From assembly GCA_964199315.1 (NCBI GenBank), contig OZ116702.1:9858001-9922000 (forward strand): a stretch of DNA of 64,000 bases. Reading direction: 5' to 3'. The notes beneath the pieces were generated by a model. The model saw only the letters and a list, made by a program, of their open reading frames with translations, searched no databases and was not told the DNA's origin. Position 1 is the first letter of the stretch. Every line of letters begins with the position of its first letter. Position numbers and translations under genes: made by a program. The stretch comes from Orbicella franksi. Lineage: Eukaryota. Shown here in pieces: positions 14,401 through 26,400 of this stretch.

Positions 14401-17400
14401 AAATCCACCAATCAGTATTGGTTTGTCGCTGTAACTGATTACTGCAGCGTGTGAGGAACTAGGAGCAATGCCAAACTGTTTAGCCACGAGTTTCGCGAAG
14501 TCCTTCTGTTGTCTAAGGTCGCTTTGGGTGACACCGTTTGATGTGTCTAAAAGAAACACGATGTCCACTGAAGAAGGAGGTGTACCTGAAAATTGAAAAC
14601 AGTCGTACAATGGTATCGTAAAGTAACTGCAATGTGATCAAAAGGATTGCAAAACCGAGAGACACGAGGGCGTGATATGAGTAAGTTGGAGACCTAGTCA
14701 AGTGACTGCGGATCTGAGCCGCGGTCATTGTTCATGTTTGTGGTTTTGGACTAGACAGTTTATTACTTTCACAATGCCTTTAAACGCATCGTGACCCTGC
14801 AAAAGACTGGGGTTGTTTGCAACGGACTAGACATCCATTTAAAGGCAGTAGTGATACCTAAAGACTTCGTTATCAAAATGTAGATTTTACGGCTACTCAT
14901 CTTGACTACAGCTGCAAATTTTAGTGAGCTTATTGCAAACCTTATGTACAGCGTAGCTCTTCTACGGAGGATAACAAACCCTAACAATTAAATTCTGAAT
15001 TAATATGGCATCAGGCTGACAAAACGAAGAGAGTAAAATCAATATTCTATTGGCAATTAACACAATCTTCATCAACAACTTGCACACTAAAAACAGGTAA
15101 GTTTTGATAACGAAAATTATACATACCTGGACACTTCCTGGTATTGCATGCTCGGGATTGCTGTCTTGGTCCTTCGCAAGGCCTTCCGCCATATTGTGGT
15201 CTAGGATTATCGCATCTACGTTCTTGAGACTGTGTCCCCGACCCACACGTCTTAGTACATGTACTCCATGCACCCCACCGGCCCCAGCCGCCGTGCACTA
15301 AAAGCGAAGACTAAACGGTCACTGATCTCATGCTCTCTAAAGATACAGCGCAGAATTTCGACTACTGAGTACCTATTGTCTACTAGCTCCTATAAGTTAA
15401 ATTTATTATGAATATGGCAAGAAGCTAAAACATGGTTAATAATTCATTGCGCAAGGTGGACTTTGACTACCTTCTCTCTAAGAGACGAAGATGGATAACT
15501 ACGTTTGACATATATCAGGGGTAAACAATACCTCTGAAACCCACTTCGCGGGGATTTGAAGAGCGTCAAAGATACCAGCAACACGAATTAAAGGTACCTT
15601 TAACACAAAACAATCCACAGCACCTTTGTCACAGCTTGAACAAGCCATACCTGTTATCTTTGATCAAATTATGAGAGAAAAATGGCCTGATCTGGACACA
15701 GAGGTATGGCAAAGACGTATTTTACAACCTTTGAGTAAGATATGTGTCGTACGCGATTTTTCATACGGTGTAGATTAAAGTACTGGGGTTAAAATTGCAA
15801 ACTTATCAATAATTTATGAAGACATACCAGGACAACTTCTGGTATTGCAAGCACGGGACTGTAGTCGGGGTCCATTGCACGGCCTTCCGCCATTTTCTGG
15901 TGTGGGACTATCACATCTGCGTTCTTGAGTCTGCATCCCCGACCCACACGTCTTGGTACATTTCCTCCATCCGCCCCACGGGCCCCAGCCCCCGTGCACT
16001 GAAAGCGTAGTTTAACGGTAACTGATCTCATTTTCTATTTATGATAGTCGTATATGCTAATTTATATAGAGATCGAGTCCAGAATTTTGACGACTGAGTA
16101 CCTCTTGTACGGATGTTTAACTAGGCCTGTAGATCGTGTTTCATCTAAAACGTGTTTCAGGCCGGCAATCTTCTCTCTGTTTGCCGGCTGTGGGATGCTA
16201 CAAGGTTAGCTATGTGTTTGTTGCCTATTAACTGTTGTTCGATAACTTTAACTAAATTTTGGCTCCCCTTCGAGCAATTCCTTATAAATTAGTATTTACC
16301 AGCGGTAAAAGCCGAATACCTAACTTACGTGTGGGTTTCGTTCTGCAGATTTTAACTTTCGAGAACTCAAACTCATCATATACAATTGACCAGCTTTCCA
16401 TTTTTCCTGAAGGGTTCGAGTTAGTAGGATTGACAGTTTGCTTTAAAACACCAACCTTTTCTCCCAGTCAAATACTCATTGTACAACTGGATATATTACC
16501 TTTCACAGGAACAGTAGTTGTTTCCCTTGGTTCCGTTGTCGATGGTATTTCTGATGGAGTAGTTTCTTCTGCCGTCGTTGGGCTTGGTGTAGCAGTTTGA
16601 GGTTCCCGAGGGGCAACTGTTTGCGATAAAAAACATAGCTTAACGCTCCTCTTTATGGTCTTCTTTAATGGGAACCGAGAGAGATTAATGAAAGGAAAAC
16701 GAAAGGAGTCAAAACTTATCCTACTACTTTGTTTCACCTTCTCATAATCTTTTGTGCTTGCGTTTCTAGAACTGACATCATTAGACTGTGTTCTTACTCC
16801 AAGGAGACATCTTATGACGGCTTATTTGCTACATGTGATCTTCAAATGGTGACCTGGATTTCTTTTTCTTTCTAATGTTAGCTCTTACAACCTGCTGGCA
16901 ACTCAACTTCCAGCACATAGAAAAGAAGCTTCCGGAACATTGCAATTGGCATCTACGACCAACTGGTCACCTCTCAATATGCATAGCAAAAAATTCAAAC
17001 TAACGCGGAATAATAATAGCCTACCATAGTCAACCAGAAGGTCAGTCGAGAGCCTTTCCGCCCCTTGTGCCAGATCAAGGAAGGAAGGAACAGATATAAC
17101 ACTGGATTTGTTTTTACCGTCCCCTTGGAAGTAACTGGGATCAACCTTGTCTCCAACTGCCATTACGTGAATTTTCGTTCCAGTACGATGGAGCGGTTTT
17201 ACAGCAGCACTAAATGTTTGTGAACCTGGTTCATCGGTTTGTCGACCTGCAGCTACCAATACGACAAACTTTGGATGATCAACATCGATGTCCCTCAGGG
17301 CGTCCGTTGCCGCCTTCAAAGCTCTGTCGATTCGCCTGGCACCTCTCAAATGGGGAAGGTTGTCGATGATCGTCTCTAGACTGGACTTGCTTTCCTGGTT

Positions 17401-20400
17401 TTGGAAATCTAAGACCATTGTCGGGCCATCACTGTAAACCATAATACCGACTCGAGAACCGCTGTCGGCTGGATAAATGTTCAGTTGGCTGATTAAGGAT
17501 TTTATGAATTCTTTTTCTAGTCCAAAGTTGGAAGGCGTCACCTCAGCGGACGAATCGATGACGAACAAGACGTACATCGTGAGATTGAACTCGTATGACC
17601 TCACTGAGGAAAAATTTCAAGGAAGTTTATTTAAAAACAGTCACTTTAACAAGCAGCAGCTAAACAAAAACTAACGTAGCTGGTCTACTAATTACGAAAA
17701 CGTTTTCGATTAACATGTGTCAGGGTAGGGGTGATGCTATTAAGAAGCTGTGAGCCATTCACTTGGATCGTTTTGCTTTACCGCACTCTCTCATTAAAGG
17801 TGGAATTTAGCTTACCAGAGTCCGTCAACACCTGACTTCCGATCTGATTGATCTGCTCTGGAATATCGCTGCGTGAAGGTATGGAAAACACGTTTTCTGG
17901 ATTTTCCAAACTGGAACTAAAGTCTGGAATGCTAGGAGATGGGCCAATCAGAGCAACGTACGTCCTCACACCTAGGGCGTATAGCCTGTTAAGGACGTCA
18001 CCAAATGAATTCCAATCCTCGTTTTGCAGTGGCTTCCCAGATGTCACAAGGAAAACAACTTTGGAAACAGAAGACGGGGACTTGGGAAACATCCCTGCAG
18101 CAGTTCTCAAAGCCTCACTGACACTCCTGTCTCCTCCATAGTGAGGAACGTTATCAACGACGGATTCGAAGGCAGAAGCTGATCTGAAGCTTTCAAAGTC
18201 GGAGATTACCACAGGCCGGCCGTTGAATACAATGAGAGCTGCCCTGGTTCCCTGGGGGTCGATGTTAAGGTATCTTGCAAGGGATTTGATGAGGTCTTTT
18301 TCCGTGTTATACGTGGAAGCCGTCTCGCTGGACGAATCCATCACAAATATAACGTTGGCCGAGTACTTGGCTTCGGGATCTTGTGGAAAGATGTTCATAT
18401 GTTTATGTCATTGAGAGTTTAAAGCACGCACTCTGATATTAATGAGTTTAAGGTTACTAAGCATTCCTAATGCATCAAATGAGACGAAACAAAAAATGAA
18501 AATGAGCTACAAGGTCTAAACAGTGTATGTGCCTGAAAACTAAGACGTTTGACGCATTGTTCTGAAATAACTAATAAAGCGAAGATCCCAGTTTCGGAAC
18601 AAGTGAAGGGAACCTTCTTACGTAGATTTACCGTTACCTTCACATATTCCAGTTCGGATCCGCGGTGCAATGGTCCGTAGTGCCCTGAATGAAGACGATG
18701 TAAACACGTACTCAGAATCCGACGCAATCTCTTCTAGCTCATTCCTGTCCACTCCGTTTCCAACTCCAATAGCGTACACTGTAGCGCCCGTGTTCTTGAT
18801 ACCTTCTGACGCTACAACAAGGCTGGTGTATACACCAGTTTTAGTTTGCTTCCCATCTGTGATGACAATTGCTATCTGTAAACAAGAAATTGAAAATTGT
18901 CTTAGTATCCTCTCAAAAGCGCGGAGAGCTTTTAAAAACCTACTTCAGGATGTAGGTAGGGTTAGTTCGTTAGAGCCAGAATTAGTCAGTTAGTGTCAGA
19001 TATAGAATTCTCTGCTTGCAAGTATTGAAAAATGAACAAAACCTTCGTCTTTTTGAAACTTGTAACAAGATGGTTATGACTGATATAAAACAAGCTAGGC
19101 TCTGCATATTTACCCGCTTAAACAACATTTAACAATCATTGAATGCATTAACCCACTATATAGGCCATATAATTTCTTAGCTGCAAATAACTTTACCTTC
19201 GCTACATTTGGTCTCATGCCGTTTGAAGTCTGAAACAGGTCTCTGTCTGCAAGCTGGAGGGCTTTGTCCGTGTAAGTAAAACCACGCTGCCAAAGCATTC
19301 CATCAAACAATCTATTCACCTCGTCCGTATCCTGCGCGTCCGTGAACCTCATCACAACCACAGGATTGGTGCTGTATGCTACAGCTGCTACATGCGTAGC
19401 TGATGGGCTGACATCAAGTTTGCTGACCAATGCTTTAATGAATCGTTTCATTCTTTCCCAATTCGTGCGCCCAATAGATCCAGATGAATCGATGATAAAA
19501 GCAATATCCACGAGGGGACTGCAATCCGCATCTGTTTTGATTGTCAAAATGAGAAATCATAACAAGTAATGTACAGTATGTGGTCCAGTATGTGATTCAA
19601 CATTATCCGACCAGTTCTTATTGCTTTTCTTTTTTAAATATAAATTCAAATTTTTATTTCGTGTTTTCTCTTTTGTAAAAAAAAATATTACTGAACGAAG
19701 CCCAACATTTCAGCCTCCCAAAAACAAAAAAGAAATGTCAGCGGGCAATCACCTTGGGGAACACTTGCAAATTAAACGACTCTGTTTTGCTCAAGCGAGT
19801 GACATTTTCATGGCTTATAATTGCATGATTTCATCTATCTGATGTTGCTCATTGAAAGAACAATGGATTTCAAATTGAAACGGTTGAAAATTAAAAAAAC
19901 GCTTATTATTAGTAAAATAACCTTGTTCACGGTTAAGAATTACGTGTACCGCCCCCCCCCTCCCCACCCACCGAAAAAGGAGGGAAGAAAACAAAAACGC
20001 AGAGGACAAAACTGTAACCAGAAATAAAATAATCCATGCGGCACGGATTTGTCAAGAATCTAACTTTGCAATCAAAGTAAGGATCGACCTACCACAAGGG
20101 CCCCGCTTCGCAGTAAAAACAACCATATCCCCTTGACAAGCTTGTCGTCTCAGATGACACTCGCTCAGATCTTGTACGTCATCTGATGCACAAACAGGCC
20201 TTGATATGTTGGGACAAGTAGGACAGATACATTGGGCTTGATTGTCCACCACACGACATCCGACATTGTATGGAGCACGACAGCCCAGGGTCTCACAACG
20301 ATCTGCAACAAATGAAATACGAAATTATATTTGAATGATTATGTGCTGCACAACTGCATAAAAGAAATTCCAGTACAATAATTTTTGATAACACAACAAA

Positions 20401-23400
20401 CTACGTCTTGTTGTAAAATACCAGGAGTGACTGGTGTTGTGGTTGGTGCTTGTGTCTTTGTTACTTTCGTTGTTGGTGTTGAATCTGTGAATAAAGACAA
20501 CGACACACGCAAAATATTAAACCTAGCATTCAAGCGCTGAGTATTCGCAATATCAGAATGATAAAGCGTTAAAGGATTACGTCGGAGATGACGAATATGA
20601 ACATTCTTAGCCTAAATTTATCAAGTTCTTTGCCCTTAATAAGTTTTTGGATCTTCCCAGAATGCACCATCCTCGTTCCTTTCAGCTATAATACGTGTTA
20701 TTTGATTTACTTTACGTCTTTAATGCTGTTCTGCCTTATAACCCCTTCAGTTTGAGATTTCCTTTGATTAGCCTACAATAACATGCTTAGCAGCTTGCGG
20801 TTTCTACGACTGGCACACAAGAAAAATGAGAGCAAAAATCGAATTTTTGGGTGGACGAATTTAAATTATTTTTCTACATTGTAAAGTATCATTATATGGT
20901 TATTATATGGCTTGTGTTTGTAGTCGATATAACGCGCGCGCTGATTAGCTATAGCAGGGCATTATTTAGCTCTTATTAACCGAGCTTAGTCGGTCTGTAT
21001 GGGAGAATCTTGACCGAGGTCATGAGTTCAGACCGAACGTAGGCAGGTCTGTACTCACGACCGAAGAAAACCAGAAAACTTTATACTTCTTAAGGTGGCC
21101 GAACACAGTTTTCAAGTGCCTGTGCCTAATTCACCATTACTTTTAAACTATTTATGCTTTGGCACCCGTTTTTCTGCAAGAGTCAAGGTTAACCTCAGAA
21201 GGGTTTATTCTTACATTTTTGCTAAGGTGTGTGCTGTTGCCATGGCAACGGGGCTGGTTAAAAAAACAAGGCTTAAAAATGGTTTTTGTTTATTCAAAAA
21301 AAATCCAGTCGATAGATTTTTTTAATAATTTGCCCACTACGAACTGACATTAAATCCCTTCCGTCAACACTGTTCTAATAAAATTTTGACACAGACGATT
21401 TTCGTAATTCGTCGTAAATCGTTTTCACTGCATGTTCTGTATTATTAAAACTTCCCTATGCTATAATTCAGATTTTTTGTGATAGATCATTCACGTGGTT
21501 TCTGAACTGTTTTTTTTTGCCAAATTTCTTGAAAATAGTAGTGCGCGCAAGAGGCACGTCACAATTCAAAGGACGCTGAAATTTATATTAAGACCGTTGG
21601 GCTGAACGGTTCCTAGCCGGAAAATAATCTTCATTTCACGCTGCTTCCATTGGTTGGTTCCACCGCATAATGCCACACCACGCACCTGTACATTACAAAT
21701 ACTATGGCCCGTGGAGTTTTCTGAACACTGAAGAAGGGTTATGGACCCGAAACGTCTGTTTCTTCAAAGACTTTTATGACACTGTTTGATAATTTGTTAA
21801 AATATCAACCTATAAGCTATGTAACTGCAAGTGTCACGTATCTTTGGCAGTTTTTCCGTTCACCACTCATTTCAAAATGATCTACCGGTTTATAATATGC
21901 GAGAAGCCAGGCCAATCACATTGTAGCATTAACATTACAACACTGGTATACGTATCTCTCAAAAATCGACTTCGTGCATTTTTACCTTGACAAAATCGCC
22001 TTGTTATCCTTGGAGCGATGTTCTGGAGATCTCTAAATGACGATGATGTGATTACGTACTCTGACCCAGATGCGATCTCCTCCAACTCTGCTTTATCGGC
22101 TCCACTTCCAACTCCAAGAGCATACACCGTAACGCCTTTATTTTTCATTCCTAGTGAAGCTACTGAAAGTCTCGTGTAAGGTAGTGTTGTTGTCTGTTTC
22201 CCATCTGTGATTACAATGGCCAACTACACAAACATCACGAAAAGTTCTGATTGTCAAAAATCCCAACTTAGAGAAAATAACAATGATTTACACGACACGT
22301 CCCAAGTTCTTTAAGTTCTTATTCTATACGAAAATGAAGGAACATTTATGCAGAAGGTAATACCATCACTCAAGATGTTTGAATACCGATAGTCACATTT
22401 TTAAGAATAAAAATGATGAGCGAAATTTTGATTTTGGATTTCCACTCAGATAGGAAACCTACTTACTTTGGGCACATTGGATCTCATTCCGTTGGACAAC
22501 TGAAATAGATCACTGTCTGCAAGAAGGAGTGCTTTGTCTATGTAAGTGAAGCCACGCTGATAACGCATCCTGTCAAGCAACTGATTAACCTGGTTTGCAC
22601 CCTGAATACCATTAAACCTCATGACTACCTCAGGACTGTTACTGTATGCTATAGCTGCTATGTGGGTGGCGGATGGGCTGACGTCAAGTCTGCTAACCAA
22701 TGCTTTCAGAAATCGTTTCATTCTTTCCCAATTGGTGCGACCAATAGATCCAGATGAATCAACAACAAAAGCGATATCCATAACGGTGCGACATTCTTTA
22801 TCTGATAAAAATGGGAAACAAAATAATGAATGTTTTCATTTCATGTTTAATTTCTTGGAAGGCATATAGAAACTTATTTTCGAACTTACAAATGTATGAT
22901 ATATTGCTATTTAAAAAGAGTCAAGAATACAGTCGAACCTCCGGTTACGACCACCTCGAACTCTCGTACGCCACCACCTCTCGTCAGCGACCAGTTTTCC
23001 AAAACACCAAACGTTTTCAAGTCAAATCACCATACTTGGAACCTCTTGTCAACGACCACCTCTCGTAAGCGACCGCGACCACTTTTAAAGTTAAAAGTTT
23101 GAAATTTTCTTTTGTTTTTAACCTCCCGTAAAGGACCACTTGGCAGATAATAGAGCGGAAATTGAATAATATTGTTGTAACATTATCGCATTCTTGAATA
23201 GTAGAAGAGACGGAAATTTCTGAACGAAAAGTGTTGTATTTTTTCTCGAAATCGACTTTCACATGAATAACACATTTAAAATATGGGGTAAGTCTCTGCA
23301 GTTACCATATTCTAATGAGGGAAAAATTTGACCCAATATGGTCTAAGCTCTCGTATACGACCACTTAGGCTTGGCATTTTGGGTGGTCGCTTATACGGGG

Positions 23401-26400
23401 TTCGACTGTATTACATACGGACCTAGAAAAACCAAGGCATACGTTGCCTCAAATTTAAATCAATGGTCAACATACCACATGGTCCCTGCTTTGCAACAGC
23501 AACCGTTATATCTCCCTGACAAGCTTGCCGTCTCAGATGACACTCGCTTAGGTCTTGAACACCATCCGTTGCGCAAACAGGCCTAGGAATATTGGAACAG
23601 GTAGGACAAATACACTGTGCTTTGTTGTCCACTACTTGGCAGCCGATATTGTATGGAGCACGGCAGCCTTGAGTGACACATGGATCTGAAAAAGTGCAAG
23701 TTTTCGTTTATCACTCGTCCTTTGTGCAATTTGAAGCAAATTTTCGCTCACATTTGTTTTTCAAACAAAAGTAAACAAAAATACCTGAGGTTGTAGGTGT
23801 CGGGGCTGTTGTTGTCGTTTGTGTCGGTACTGTTGGAATAAAAGCAAAAACGTATAACTGCAAACTTCTAAATACTCCACTATCAAGAAAAGGCAAGAGA
23901 TATAAAAATTATCAGACGGAAACGTGCATGATATGTACTCTTACCGGTACAGAATCGCTTTGTAATTCTTGGAGCGATGTCCTGGAGATCACTAAATGAC
24001 GAAGATGTGAAAACGTAGCTTGGCTCAGATGCAATCTCCTCAAGTTCTGCTCGATCGGCTCCACTGCCAACTCCAAGAGCGTAGACAGTAATGCCTTTAT
24101 TTTTTATTCCTCGTGAAGCTACTGAAAGTCTCGTGTAAGGCAGTGTTGTTGTCTGTTTCCCATCTGTAATCACAATGGCCAACTACACAAACAGTACGAA
24201 AAAAGGTGATTGTCAAGAATCACAACATGGAAAAAGAGACGTGACACGTACAAGTTTAGAGCTCATTAAAGGAGCTCAGTCACGGTGTTTTGCCCCTTTT
24301 TTTGGCCACGCACAAAATCTCCTTTAAATGGGAGGAAACCTGAAAATAATAGTTTACTAAAACAGAAAAACATCAATGAGATAATAATAAACCATAAAGG
24401 AACAAGGATGGTCAATGGTGGCGAAGATTGACACGGATTGCAAACGACGAATTTGAAAAATTTAGGCGAAACTTTTCAAAATATGCAAACCGTGACTGAG
24501 CTCCTTTAAGTTCTTATTCAATGAGAAAATGAAGCAAAATTTTAACCCAAGATGAAAACAAGTGCACTCATCGTGTATTAATACTGTTGGTCACTTTAAA
24601 GACAAGGCAGGAAATTTTGATATGGGATTCCCACTCGGATAGGAAAATCACTTACCTTGGGTACATTGAATCTCATTCCGGTGGAAGACTGAAATAGATC
24701 ACTGTCCGCAAGAAGGAGTGCTTTGTCCGTGTAGGTGAAGCCACGCTGATAACGCATCCCGTCAAGCAACTGATTAACCTGGTTTGTACCCTGAATACCA
24801 TTAAACCTCATGACTACCTCAGGACTGTTACTGTATGCTATAACTGCTATGTGTGTGGCGGATGGGCGGACGTCAAGTCTACTGACCAATGCTTTCAGAA
24901 ATCGTTTCATTCTTTCCCAATTGGTGCGACCAATAGATCCAGATGAATCAACAACAAAAGCAATATCCATAGCGGTGCGACATTCTTTATCTGATCAAAA
25001 AGGGAGACAAAATAGTGAAAGTTTTCATGCCATGTTTTATTGCTTGGAGGGAAAATAGAAACGTACTTTCACATTCAAGACTGTAGGATAAAACGCATTA
25101 GCAGTGGCGGATCCAGACCTTGAGCTAAGGGGTTGGGGGGCGGGGGGGGGGGGGGGAGGGGAGGGGCGGCGGTTTTGTTTTGCTTGCCCTGCCGGCTTTT
25201 CTTCCTTCTGTAAGTATTTCTTTTTTACCCAAAATAAGGGGGGTGACCCGGGCCCCTGGCCCCTCCCCTAGATCCGTTACTGATTAGTACAATATATGAT
25301 TATTGTAAAAGGTCATGAATATTACATACCCGAGTTAGAAAAACCAAGAAATAAGTTATCATGAATGAAGAAATTAATGAATGGTCAACATACCACATGG
25401 TCCCTGCTTTGCAACAGCAACCGTTATATCTTTCTGACAAGCTTGTCGTCTCAGATGACACTCGCTCAGTTCCTGTACACCATCGGTTGCGCAAACAGGC
25501 CTTGGAATATTAGAACAGGTAGGACAAATACACTGTGCTTTGTTGTCCACTACTTGGCAGCCGATATTGTATGGAGCACGGCAGCCTTGAGTGACACATG
25601 GATCTGAAAGAGTGCAAAAGAAATTTTGGTTTATCACTCGTCCTTGGTGCAATTTGAAGCAAATTTCGCTGCCTTGTTTTTTTTACAAACGTAATAAAAA
25701 TACCTGTCGTTGTAGGTGTCGGGGCTGTTGTTGTCGTTTGTGTTGGTACTGTTGGAATAAAAGCAAAAACGTATAACTGCAAACTCCTAAATACTCCAGT
25801 ATCAAGAACAGCCAACCAATCTGAAAATTATCCCATGAAAAAGTGCATGGTTTGCACTCTTACCGGCACAGAATCGCTTTGTAATCCTTGGAGCGATGTC
25901 TTGGAGATCACTAAAAGACGAAGATGTGAAAACGTACTCCGACCCAGATGCAATCTCTTCCAGCTCTGCTCGATCGGCTCCACTGCCAACTCCAATAGCG
26001 TAGACAGTAACGCCTTTATTTTTTATTCCTCGTGAAGCTACTGAAAGTCTCGTGTAAGATTGTGTTGTTGTCTGTTTCCCATCTGTAATCACAATGGCCA
26101 ACTACACAAACAGAACGAAAAGGGCTGACTGTCACAACTTGGAGAAAATAAGACTGATTTATACGACATGTTCCAAGTTTAAAAGTTCTTATTTCATATG
26201 AAAATTAAGGAACATTTTATGCACAAGGTAATACCATACACTTATGAAGTTTCAATACTGTTAGTCACATTTCTAAAAACAAAAAAGAAAATGATGAGGA
26301 GATAAATTTTGATTTTGGATTTCGACTCGGATAGGAAAACTACTCACCTTGGGTACATTGAATCTCATTCCAGTGGAAGACTGAAATAGATCACTGTCCG

